A stretch of DNA of 64,000 nt from positions 192,001 through 256,000 of the forward strand of contig CAWFJJ010000008.1 in NCBI GenBank assembly GCA_963816185.1. Direction: 5' to 3'. A model generated the notes under the pieces. The model did not search any database. It had not been told where the DNA came from and saw only the letters and a program-made list of their open reading frames with translations. The DNA comes from Thermoanaerobaculia bacterium. Lineage in GTDB: Bacteria > Acidobacteriota > Thermoanaerobaculia > UBA5066. Both the position numbers and the translations under genes were made by a program. Shown in pieces: positions 51,226 to 60,356 of the stretch; within the stretch, counting starts at the first letter, position 1; each line of letters opens with the position of its first letter.

Positions 51226-52833
51226 TCAAGGAGCGAATTGAACCGGCCGTCCGTTCAGTTTTTGGGCGAGAGCGAGACCGCGTCTCACGACGTCGTTCCA
51301 CGGGAAGAGCGCGCCCGGGTCGTCTTTTCGGTCGGGCGCGATGTGCTGGTGCCCGACGATCCAGGGCGCGTCGATCGCGAACATCGCCGTGAGAACTCCC
51401 ACGAGCCGCACGACCGTCTCGATCTGGGCGGGCGTGAAGGGATACCGATTGCCGTCGCCGGTGATCTCGATGCCGACCGAGGTGCGGTTCAGGGCCATGC
51501 GCCCGTGGAGAAGCGAAACGCCCGCGTGCCACGCGCGGTGCTCGAGCGAGACGAACTGGAAAAGGCGGCCGTCGCGGCCGACGAGGAAGTGCGACGAGAC
51601 CTTTCTCTCGGGCTTCTCGAAGAGCGAGATGCACTCCTCGTCGGTGTCCTGCGACGTGTGATGGAGAACGAGTGCCGAGATCGGCTCGATCTTGAACGGC
51701 TCGTAACCCTCCCACCACGAGTTCGGCATCGGGATGAGGCAAGCGTCGGCCACGTCTCCGCCCGCCGCCTGCCAGAGATTCCAGAAGCGTCGGTCCGTCT
51801 CGCGGAAGACGCGGTCGAGGTAAAGGGCGTCGGGGTTCGCCCGGGCTTCGGCGAGCGTCCTCTCCGCGCGCGGCACCGGCGGCAGGAGGACCGGCGGAAG
51901 CGGAGGCTCGACCACGGGTTCGAGGTCGGGGAGCGAAGCGGACCACTCGTTAACGATCGCGGCGGCGACGTCGCCCATCACACGGACGGCACGGGCTTTT
52001 CCGTCCGCCGTGTCGGGAAAGTGGTCGGCGAACGCGACGAGGACGAAGCGGCCCTTCTTCGTCGTGAGGATGCCCGAATCGTTCCGTACGCCTCCGTAGC
52101 TGCCCGTCTTGCCGGCCCAGGACGTCCCGGGCTCGTCGAGGAGCAGCCGAGGCAGGCGGTCGCGATCGTGCTGCGTCGCGAGGAGCTTCCCGATGAGGCG
52201 GTCGCTCGCGGGACCGAGGAGCGTGCGTGTCGCGATCCGCCGATAGAGCTCCGCGGTGTCGCGGGGCGTCATGATGCCGAGGGGTGCCCACTTCGGAGGC
52301 TCCTCGCCCCTGCTCGGGATGCGGCCCACGAGCCGGATCCCGGGCAGGCCGAGCGCCGCCATGCGCGCGTTCACAGCCTCCGCGCCGAAGAGGTCGATGA
52401 AGCGGTCGGCCGCCGTGTTGTCGGAGATCGCGATCATGAGATGGAGCAGGTCGCGATTCGTGGGCGTGAGGCCGGGGTCGAACTCGTCGAGCATCCCCGA
52501 GCCCGCGGCCACGTTCTTCGCCGTGAGCTTCCAACGGTCCGTCAGGTCGAAACGGCCCTCCCCTTCGAGAGCGGCCGCCTCGACCAGGAGCGCGAGCTTG
52601 ATGACGCTCGCCGCCTCGAACTCCTCCGCGGCGTTCAGCTCGAGGCGCCGCCCGCTCTCGACGTGAAGCGCCACGATTCCCATTCGCGCCCCGCTCTTCG
52701 CCGCGAGCTTCGCGACGCGGCGGGCGAGCCCGCGGTCGTCCGGCGCCACGTGCAGCGAAGCAGGGATGGAGGTGCAGGACGCGAGAAACAGGAGGAGAAC
52801 GAAAGGGAGAATTCCTGCTATCGGTGGCCGCAT
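51226..52833 (-). CDS. Lipoprotein: class A beta-lactamase-fold serine hydrolase fused to Amidase_2 (AmpD-like) domain
   Basis: Lipobox LASC; ASVIK, SDN, KTG; LHHT, SSHF, RAWHAG, SVGIE, GH..IAP.RK.DPG. Confidence 0.88.
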   Translation of the reverse strand: MRPPIAGILPFVLLLFLASCTSIPASLHVAPDDRGLARRVAKLAAKSGARMGIVALHVESGRRLELNAAEEFEAASVIKLALLVEAAALEGEGRFDLTDRWKLTAKNVAAGSGMLDEFDPGLTPTNRDLLHLMIAISDNTAADRFIDLFGAEAVNARMAALGLPGIRLVGRIPSRGEEPPKWAPLGIMTPRDTAELYRRIATRTLLGPASDRLIGKLLATQHDRDRLPRLLLDEPGTSWAGKTGSYGGVRNDSGILTTKKGRFVLVAFADHFPDTADGKARAVRVMGDVAAAIVNEWSASLPDLEPVVEPPLPPVLLPPVPRAERTLAEARANPDALYLDRVFRETDRRFWNLWQAAGGDVADACLIPMPNSWWEGYEPFKIEPISALVLHHTSQDTDEECISLFEKPERKVSSHFLVGRDGRLFQFVSLEHRAWHAGVSLLHGRMALNRTSVGIEITGDGNRYPFTPAQIETVVRLVGVLTAMFAIDAPWIVGHQHIAPDRKDDPGALFPWNDVVRRGLALAQKLNGRPVQFAP

Positions 52834-52861
52834 GCGCGGCCACCGGCAAAGAGAACGTGTT

Positions 52862-52979
52862 GCCGGGCGGAGGCTGTCAAGGGTCCTCGACCGCTGCGCG
52901 GCGCGCGGAGCGCGCCCTTGACAGCCTTCGCCCGGCCCAGATTCGTCCCTGCGGCGGCGGCGAATGCCGCCGCCGATAT
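52862..52979 (+). repeat. Double-hairpin repeat element, copy 2 (intergenic)
   Basis: 75-bp inverted repeat 52862-52936 with GTCAAGGG/CCCTTGAC core, CAGATTCG linker, hairpin CGGCGGCGGC-GAAT-GCCGCCGCCG. Confidence 0.85.
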
Positions 52980-53018
52980 CAGAAGAAATTCTCATCTTCT
53001 GTCGTTCTAACATGCGCC

Positions 53019-54188
53019 ATCACGAGCGAGCAAAATCTCCCCTCTTCCTCCGCGTCCCCCGCCTCTGCGCCCGCCTCCGGCGGGCGCCTCGCGGCCCTCG
53101 ACATGTTTCGCGGCCTCACGGTCGTCGGGATGGTTTTCGTCAACAACCCGGGCGACTGGGGACACCTCTACTGGCCGTTCGACCACGCGGAGTGGCACGG
53201 CTGGACGCCGACCGACCTCATCTTCCCGTGGTTCCTGTTCATCGTGGGCGTCGCGGGCGTCTTTTCGCTCGAGAAGCGCATGGCGCAGGGCGCGGACCGT
53301 CTGGACCTCGCGCGCCACGCCTTCCGGCGAGGAATGACGATCGTCGTCGTGGGCTGGCTGATGGCCTTCTATCCGTTCGTTCCGTTCTTCGACCGCCTCG
53401 CACACCTTCGGATCCCCGGCGTTCTCGCACGCATCGGCGTCGCGTACGTTTTCGGCACGTGGATTCTCCTCGCGGTCTGGAAGCGGCGCGCCGTCGGCGT
53501 CGCGGCCGCCGTCGCGTTCCTGCTCGCCCTCCACACGTGGCTCCTCCTCGGGACGGGGTACGACCTGACGCCCGCCGGCAACGTCCAACGCGCGGTCGAT
53601 CTCGCCGTCCTGAAGGGCCATCTCTGGAAGAACGCCCAGGGCTGGGATCCCGAGGGGATCGTCTCGACGCTCACGGCGATCGCGACGATGCTGACGGGGA
53701 CGCTGACGGGTTTCCTCCTGAAGGGCCGGACCGGCGTGAAGGCGAAGGTGACGCGCCTCCTCGCCTGGGGCGCGATCGCGACCGCGGCGGGCCTCCTCTG
53801 GGGACGGGCGCTCCCGATCAACAAGAACCTCTGGACGGCGTCCTATGTCGTCTTCACGTCGGGTGCTGCCCTCCTCGTGATCGGCGTTTGCGTCCTCGTG
53901 ATCGACGTCCTCGGCTGGAAGAAACCGTTCGCGCCGTTTTTCACCTTCGGGACGAACCCGCTCCTCGTCTTCGTCCTCTCGGGCCTCCTCGCCAAGACGA
54001 TGGGGCTCGTCAAGCTGGGGGACGCGGCGGGCAAGACGGTCACGCTTCACGCGTGGGTCTACCGCTCCGGCTTCTCGTGGATCGCGGACCCGACCGTGCG
54101 CTCGCACGCGTTCGCTCTCGTCACGATCCTCTTCTGGTGGGCGATCCTGCGCGTCTTCGAGAAGAAGGGCTGGTACTGGAAGATCTGA
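53019..54188 (+). CDS. NagX / heparan-alpha-glucosaminide N-acetyltransferase-like membrane protein (start uncertain)
   Basis: RL.ALD.FRG, VNNPG, HAEWHG.TPTDLIFP.FLFIVG, DPEG, PINKNLWT.SY. Confidence 0.88.
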   Translation: MTSEQNLPSSSASPASAPASGGRLAALDMFRGLTVVGMVFVNNPGDWGHLYWPFDHAEWHGWTPTDLIFPWFLFIVGVAGVFSLEKRMAQGADRLDLARHAFRRGMTIVVVGWLMAFYPFVPFFDRLAHLRIPGVLARIGVAYVFGTWILLAVWKRRAVGVAAAVAFLLALHTWLLLGTGYDLTPAGNVQRAVDLAVLKGHLWKNAQGWDPEGIVSTLTAIATMLTGTLTGFLLKGRTGVKAKVTRLLAWGAIATAAGLLWGRALPINKNLWTASYVVFTSGAALLVIGVCVLVIDVLGWKKPFAPFFTFGTNPLLVFVLSGLLAKTMGLVKLGDAAGKTVTLHAWVYRSGFSWIADPTVRSHAFALVTILFWWAILRVFEKKGWYWKI

Positions 54189-54201
54189 CGGACATCTCGC
54201 G

Positions 54202-55119
54202 TCAGGACGAGAGGATCCGGCGCGGGACCTCCGTCGCCGACCGGACCGCGACCTCTTCAGGAAAATTCGCCGCCACGAGGCGCGCGACGCAATCGTCGAG
54301 GAGGGCCGTCGAGCCGGCGAGGGCGCCCGAGGCGTTGCGGGCGGCGCCGCTCTTTACCGTGAGAGTCTCGCCCCAGACGGAATAGTCGCCGTCCGCGAGG
54401 CCTGCGGCCGGCATCGCGTCGCTGATCAGGGCGACGCGCCCGTCGCCCTTGGCGCGAAAGACGAGGCGGAGCATCTCGTTCGAAAGGTGGTGCGCGTCCG
54501 CGATGATGTCCACCGTCACGCCGTCCGTGACGAGGCCCCAGCCGATCGGGCCCGCCTCGCGGTGGTGGAGCGGCTTCATCGCGTTGGCGAAGTGCGTCAT
54601 GTGCCGTGCGCCAGCCGCGAGCGCCGCGTCGAGCGTCGCGACGTCGGCCTCCGTGTGGCCGATCGAGACGACGAACCCGCGCCTCACGAACTCCTTCACG
54701 ACGGCAATCCCGCCGGGGATCTCGGGGGCGAGCGTCGTCATTCCGTGGCCGGGCGGATCGCCGGCCGCCTCGAAAAACGCATCGAGCTTTCTCGGATCAC
54801 CGCCGTCGAGAAAGCACGAGGGGTGAAGGGCGCCGCAGCGCGCGGCCGAGACGAACGGTCCTTCGAAATGAATCCCGAGGGGCATCGCCCCGCGCCCATC
54901 GTCCGCGCGGCGCGAGCGCATCCACGCCGAGAGGCGCGCGACCGTCGCGGCTGTGTCGCCGAGAGGCTGCGGGACGAGCGTGGGAAGAAAGCCCGAGACG
55001 CCGCGGCCGGACAGCCCCCGAGCGAGGCGGTCGAGATCGCTCGCGGAGGCCGTCAGCACGTCGATACCGAATGCGCCGTGAATGTGAAGGTCGAGAAGAC
55101 CTTTTGCTCCCTCGCTCAT
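54202..55119 (-). CDS. nagA: N-acetylglucosamine-6-phosphate deacetylase
   Basis: DLHIHG, GIHFEGPF, TLAPE, GHT, TH.ANAM, DAHH, SDA, LAGS. Confidence 0.92.
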   Translation of the reverse strand: MSEGAKGLLDLHIHGAFGIDVLTASASDLDRLARGLSGRGVSGFLPTLVPQPLGDTAATVARLSAWMRSRRADDGRGAMPLGIHFEGPFVSAARCGALHPSCFLDGGDPRKLDAFFEAAGDPPGHGMTTLAPEIPGGIAVVKEFVRRGFVVSIGHTEADVATLDAALAAGARHMTHFANAMKPLHHREAGPIGWGLVTDGVTVDIIADAHHLSNEMLRLVFRAKGDGRVALISDAMPAAGLADGDYSVWGETLTVKSGAARNASGALAGSTALLDDCVARLVAANFPEEVAVRSATEVPRRILSS

Positions 55120-55973
55120 CCGCCGCCTCGCTCTGGCGGCTCGGTCAGCGCGGCGGCCACGTTCGAATGTTTCTTAGAAAGGTGAAGAGCGGCCGCGGAG
55201 GCATCGACTTTCCATTTCGCCGAGACGAGTGCGGTAGGCAAGTGCCAATTAACCCTTCTGAGAAATTCTTCTGCGTTCTCTTCGGACGTTTCCGCAATGT
55301 CCCGGACGATGCGGATCGCGCGTTTGCGGAGTTTTTCGTTCGTGGGTTTCATCGCGACCATCTCGTCGCGGTAGACGAAGCCTCTTTTCGCCATGACGGC
55401 CGTCGAGAGCATGTTGAGGGCGATCTTCTGCGCGGTTCCGGCCTTCAGCCGGCTGGACTCGGCGAGGACCTCGGGACCGGTATCGAGGACGATCGCGATG
55501 TCCGCGAGCCTCTCGAGAGGAGAATGGAAACGACATACGATCGCCACCGTGAGCGCGCCCGCGCGCTTCGCCTCTTCCAGGGCGCCCGACACATAGGGTG
55601 TCGTGCCGCTCGCGGAGATGCCCACGACGGCATCCTTTGCGCCCAAGCCCGCCGAGACGAGGTCGCGTGCGCCCGCGCCCGCACCGTCCTCCGCGCCCTC
55701 CTTCGCCTCTGACATTGCGTCGCGTCCGCCCGCGACGAGCGCGACGACGAGCGAGGGGTCGGTCCCGAACGTAGGCGGGATCTCTGCGGCGTCCAGCGCT
55801 CCGAGCCGGCCGCTCGTCCCGGCGCCCGTATAAAACCACCGGCCGCCCGCCTCGAGCCGCGAGGCGATTGCGTCGGCCGCGCGCGCAATCGCGGGAAGAG
55901 CCGCGCTCACGGCGTCCTGGACCGCGCGGTCGGCCGCGTGGAGCCGCCTGAGGAGGTCGAGCGTCGCGCTCAT
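55116..55973 (-). CDS. murQ: N-acetylmuramic acid 6-phosphate etherase
   Basis: GAGTSGRLG.LDAAE.PPTF, EGAED, GPEV..SSRLKAGTAQK..LNMLST, NEKL. Confidence 0.93.
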   Translation of the reverse strand: MSATLDLLRRLHAADRAVQDAVSAALPAIARAADAIASRLEAGGRWFYTGAGTSGRLGALDAAEIPPTFGTDPSLVVALVAGGRDAMSEAKEGAEDGAGAGARDLVSAGLGAKDAVVGISASGTTPYVSGALEEAKRAGALTVAIVCRFHSPLERLADIAIVLDTGPEVLAESSRLKAGTAQKIALNMLSTAVMAKRGFVYRDEMVAMKPTNEKLRKRAIRIVRDIAETSEENAEEFLRRVNWHLPTALVSAKWKVDASAAALHLSKKHSNVAAALTEPPERGGG

Positions 55974-56905
55974 TTCGTGCATTTCTCCTCCGCGAGCGCG
56001 AGGCGGATGGCGCCGATCTCCGGCGGAAAGGCCGACGGCCCGACCGTCGCTCCGGGTGCGACCGCCGTGATCGCCGCGCGAAGCGGGTCGAGGAGGGGTG
56101 AGCCGGCGGAGAGGACACCGCCGATCGTCGCGACCGGGAACGACTCCTTCTCGAGGCCGAGCTTGCGGACGACCGTGACGACGTCGAGAGCCAGCTCGCG
56201 CGCGGCTTCCTCGAGAATACGCCGCGCCTCGGCGTCGCCGTCCTTCGCCGCGGCGAGAACGACCGGGTAGTAAGCGGCGACGTCGGCCGCGCCGCTCTCG
56301 GAGTGGTACACGTGCTCGAGGAGGTCCGTGATCGAGCGGACGTCCTCCGTCGCGAAGAGACGCTTCTTGATCGCCGTCTTCGGGCCGCGGCCGTCGATCT
56401 CGCGCACGACCGCGATCAGCCCCCGCCGCGCGATCGCGTAGCCCGAGCCTTCGTCGCCGATCACGGGCCCGTAGCCGCCCGCCCGCGCGGTCGCGCCGTT
56501 TCGCCCCTGGCCGAAGGCGATCGCGCCCGTACCGGCGATGAGGATCACGGCCGGGGCGTCGAGGGCCTCTCGGGATGCCCCGGCAAGCGCGATGCGGGCG
56601 TCGCTCGTCAGGAGGACGCGGCCCGCGCCGAAGACGCCTTCGAGCGCGCCGAGAAGAGGGCGGCGATCGTGAATGGAATCGATTCCGGCGAGGCCGATCG
56701 CGACGCGACGCGGGTCAGCGTCGCCGGCGGCGGCGAGAGCGTCCGCTGCCGCCTCGTGAACCGTCTCGACCACGCTCGGCAGGGGTCTCGTCGCGGCGTT
56801 CGCCGGGCCCGAGGCTCCCCGGCCGAGCGGCACGAGATCGGCTCCCGCCACGACGGCGCGCGTACGGGTCCCGCCGCCGTCGATTCCGATGTAGAACGGC
56901 CCCAT
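55970..56905 (-). CDS. BadF/BadG/BcrA/BcrD-family MurNAc/GlcNAc kinase
   Basis: GIDGGGT.T, GLAG, IAGTG, GG.G..IGDEGS; operon with murQ-nagA. Confidence 0.88.
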   Translation of the reverse strand: MGPFYIGIDGGGTRTRAVVAGADLVPLGRGASGPANAATRPLPSVVETVHEAAADALAAAGDADPRRVAIGLAGIDSIHDRRPLLGALEGVFGAGRVLLTSDARIALAGASREALDAPAVILIAGTGAIAFGQGRNGATARAGGYGPVIGDEGSGYAIARRGLIAVVREIDGRGPKTAIKKRLFATEDVRSITDLLEHVYHSESGAADVAAYYPVVLAAAKDGDAEARRILEEAARELALDVVTVVRKLGLEKESFPVATIGGVLSAGSPLLDPLRAAITAVAPGATVGPSAFPPEIGAIRLALAEEKCTK

Positions 56906-56981
56906 GGAGTCAGCTTAACAAGGGCCGCCAGATTCACCCGCATCAGTTCCGGTGAGCGCTCCATGGGGCTAGATTCTGCTC

Positions 56982-58298
56982 ATGACAATCGATCTCGACT
57001 GGAAAACCCGCTACTCCCGCAAAGTAGCCTCCGCCGAAGATGCCGTGCGCGCCATCCTGCCCGGCCGCCGCATACTCATCAGCTCCGGCGCCGGCGAGCC
57101 GGGGCGCCTCGTTCAGGCGCTCGTGACGCACGCCACGCAGCTACGGGGCAACGAGATCGTCCATCTCATGACGCTCGGAGCGGCGCCCTACGTCGCGCCC
57201 GGCCTCGAAGACCGCTTCCGGCACATGGCGTTCTTCATCGGTTCGAACGTGCGGCCGGCCGTTCAGGAAGGCCGGGCCGACTTCCTTCCCGTCTTCCTGT
57301 CGGAGATCCCGCTCCTGATCACGAGCGGGCGCATCGGCGTCCACGCGGCGCTCATCCAGGTCAGCCCGCCGGACCAGCACGGCTTCGTGAGCCTCGGCGT
57401 CTCCGTGGATATCGTCCGCGGCGCCGTCGATACGGCCGACATCATCCTCGCCGAGGTCAACCCGCAGATGCCGCGCACGCTGGGCGACTCCTTCCTCCAC
57501 GTGGACCACATCGCGCACCTCGTGCCCGTGGACGACCCGCTGCCCGAGCTGACGGTCGAGCCTCTCGACGACGTCTGCCGCCAGATCGGGCACCATGCCG
57601 CGCAGCTCATCCCGAACGGGGCGACGATGCAGATGGGGATCGGGCGCATTCCGGACGCCGTCATGAGCGGGCTCTGGGAGCGCAGCGACCTCGGCATCCA
57701 CACGGAGATGCTGTCCGACGGCGTCATGGCGCTCGCGAAGGCCGGCGTGATCACGGGCCGAAAAAAAACGCTCCTTCCGGGGAAGATCGTCACCTCGTTC
57801 GTCATGGGAACGCGCGCTCTCTACGACTGGGTGGACGACAACCCGGCCGTCGAGATGCGTCCCTCCAGCTTCACGAACGACTCCTTCCAGATCGCCCGGA
57901 ACGACCAGATGGTCGCGCTGAACTCGGCCCTCGCCGTCGATCTGACCGGCCAGGTCGCGGCCGACACGATCGGCGGGCGGTTCTTCTCGGGCATCGGCGG
58001 CCAGGTGGACTTCATTCGCGGCGCCGCGCGCAGCAAGGGCGGAAAACCCATCATCGCGCTGCCGTCCACCGCGAAGAACGGCTCGATCAGCCGGATCGTC
58101 CCCGTGCTCGAGGAAGGGGCGGGCGTCGTGACGAGCCGCGGCGACATCCACTACGTCGTCACGGAATACGGCGCGGCCGACCTGTGGGGCAAGAACATCC
58201 GGCAGAGGACGATGGCTCTCATCGGCATCGCGCATCCCGACTTCCGCGGCGACCTGCTCGCGGCCGCCAAGGCTCGGAAGTACATCTTCCCGGGCTGA
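56982..58298 (+). CDS. Acetyl-CoA hydrolase/transferase (4-hydroxybutyrate CoA-transferase-like)
   Basis: SPPD.HG.VSLG, QMGIG.IPDAV, HTEM.SDG, SG.GGQVDF, VTEYG, IAHPDFR. Confidence 0.93.
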   Translation: MTIDLDWKTRYSRKVASAEDAVRAILPGRRILISSGAGEPGRLVQALVTHATQLRGNEIVHLMTLGAAPYVAPGLEDRFRHMAFFIGSNVRPAVQEGRADFLPVFLSEIPLLITSGRIGVHAALIQVSPPDQHGFVSLGVSVDIVRGAVDTADIILAEVNPQMPRTLGDSFLHVDHIAHLVPVDDPLPELTVEPLDDVCRQIGHHAAQLIPNGATMQMGIGRIPDAVMSGLWERSDLGIHTEMLSDGVMALAKAGVITGRKKTLLPGKIVTSFVMGTRALYDWVDDNPAVEMRPSSFTNDSFQIARNDQMVALNSALAVDLTGQVAADTIGGRFFSGIGGQVDFIRGAARSKGGKPIIALPSTAKNGSISRIVPVLEEGAGVVTSRGDIHYVVTEYGAADLWGKNIRQRTMALIGIAHPDFRGDLLAAAKARKYIFPG

Positions 58299-58328
58299 GG
58301 TCCGTCCAGCCGCGCTAACCTCCGTCGC

Positions 58329-60192
58329 GTGCGCCGGCCGCTCTTCCTGCTCCTTCTCGCCACCTTCGCGCTGAAGGCGGCAGTCCTCGCGCGCTTCAAC
58401 GCCCATCCCCTTCTTCAGCCCGCGGGCGACATCGACGGCGGCGTCTACGCGCGTCTCGCGGCGGACGTGGCACGCGGAGATCTCCTGCTGCGCGGCGCCG
58501 GCCCCGTGCCGTTCTTCGTCTCGCCTCTCTACATCTACTTCCTCGCGGCGATCCAGGCTCTCTCATCCGGTTCACTTCTCGCGGTGAAGGTCGTGCAGAT
58601 CGCGCTCGGAACGGCCGCGGTCGCGCTCGTTTTCTTCACGGCAAGACGCCTTTTCGGCAGCCGCGCGGCGCTCGCCGCCGGCATCCTCTACGCACTCATT
58701 GGCGTCGTGACGTTTCACGAGGTCCTGATCCTCCAGGCGGCGATCGATCCCTTCTTGACGGCGCTCGCTCTTTTCCTGCTGGCTGATGCGCTCACGCGGG
58801 GCAGCTTGGGACGCTGGCTCGCTGCGGGCGCGGCGTTCGGCCTCCTCGCGTTGAATCGTCCGAACGCGCTTCTGTGCATCGTTGCAATCGTCGTCGTTCT
58901 GCTCGCATTCGCCGCGACGCGTCTCGTCGCGCGTCGCCACAACGGCCAGCCCTTCTTACCCTTCGAAGAAAATCCTCTTCGAACCCTGCAAGTTGTCGGG
59001 GCATTCCTCGTGGGGACGGGAGCAATGATTGCATTGCCCTTCGCACGCAACCTGATCGTCTCCGGCGAGCCCGTCCTGATCTCTTCACACGGCGGGCTGA
59101 ACTTCCTGATCGGGAACGGACCGGAAGCAAACGGCGTCTACCGAGTGATCCCGGGGATCACGCCCGACATCGGGGGGCAGGCGGCGGACGCGAAGCGCAT
59201 CGCGGAGGCAGCCGAAGGCCGGCCGCTTTCTACGCGGGAGGTCTCGGCGCACTTTGCGAAAGTCGCGTGGACGTGGATCAAGGAAGATCCGGGCGCGGCC
59301 GCTGGACTCTTCCTCAGGAAGATCTGGTACGTCCTCTCGCGCGACGAGGCGCCGCTCAATTTCAGCTTTCCGTGGTACCGCGAGCGAAGCCTCGCGCTGA
59401 AGGTGCTGTTCGTGAGCTCCGGCCTCCTCGTGCCGCTCGCGGGCGCGGGTTTCGTCCTGGCCTCTCTTTGCGTCGGCAGGGGCGGAGCGCCGCGCGCTCT
59501 TCGTCTGGGCGATCTTCGTCCCGGCGTACGTATTCGCCGTCGCGGCATTCTTCGTCGCGACGCGGTACCGTCTCCCGCTTCTCGTCGCTCTCGCCTCGCT
59601 CGGGGGCGCCGCCCTCGCGCGGCTCCCGGAGGCGTGGCGGACGAAGGGCGCTCGGCTCTGGTCAGCGGCGGCGGCGGCCGCCCTCCTTTCGGTGGTCTCC
59701 CTGTGGCCGACGGGCCTCTGGGACGGCGCCGGGGACGAGGAGATGCACCTCGTCCTCTGGGAGATCGAGCAGGGCGAGGCGGGGGCGATGCAGCACGCGG
59801 AGGCGGCAGCCCGAGAGCATCCCGATCCGGCTCTCGTCTGGCTACGTGTCGGGCGGTCGTTCGTGACGGCGGGGAAGAGCGACGAGGCGATCACGGCGCT
59901 CACTCGGTCCCACGAGATCGACGCCAACCGTCCCGGGACGGCTTCCTTTCTGTCGGCCCTGCTCGAAAAGAGGGGGCTCGCGCGCGTCCTCTCTGGAGAC
60001 CCGACGGGAGCGCGCCCCGATCTCGAGGAGGCCGTCCGGCTGGACGGCACGAACGCGTCGGCGTGCCTGAACCTTGCCGTGGCCCTCGCCGAGACGGGAG
60101 ACAGCTCGCGCGCCCGGGAGCTCATCCAACGGGCTCTCGTCTTGAGACCCGGCTACGACAAGGCCGAACAGCTCCTGAAGGCTCTCCGCTAG
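58329..60192 (+). CDS. GT-C (family 39-like) membrane glycosyltransferase with C-terminal TPRs; frameshift near 59490
   Basis: D...Y, PLY.YFLA, RPN, GG.NFLIGN.P.ANG; FFVATRYRLP and TPRs continue in another frame. Confidence 0.78.
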
Positions 60193-60207
60193 GCGCTCAG
60201 GCCGGCC

Positions 60208-60276
60208 GGCGCCCCCTCTCCTTCGCGCGTGAACTCGCTTCGCTCAAACAGCACGCGCGTGCGTCGAGAGGGTGCC
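60208..60276. repeat. REP-like extragenic stem-loop
   Basis: GGCGCCCCCTCTC..CGCGCGTG / CACGCGCG..GAGAGGGTGCC around loop AACTCGCTTCGCTCAAACAG. Confidence 0.5.
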
Positions 60277-60298
60277 GTCTCGCCCCTCGCGCCACAAG

Positions 60299-60327
60299 AA
60301 AAAGTGGCCCGGCGTTTCCGCCGGGCC
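60299..60327 (-). terminator. Rho-independent terminator of the TonB receptor gene
   Basis: GGCCCGGCG-GAAA-CGCCGGGCC then ACTTTTT on minus strand. Confidence 0.8.
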
Positions 60328-60356
60328 CATCAAGAGAAGTTAGAGAAGGGGGAGTC

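Noticed and set aside
47230-52833. Calling the two SxxK domains antibiotic-resistance beta-lactamases
   Set aside because: No canonical ExxLN omega-loop. Fusion partners and context point to peptidoglycan turnover.
17327-59495. Frameshifts near 17327, 19310, 31645, 31915, 42683, 45492 and 59490 as programmed frameshifting or mass pseudogenisation
   Set aside because: They are scattered single-base indels in unrelated genes with otherwise intact motifs and no shared slippery sequence, so consensus or sequencing error is more parsimonious.
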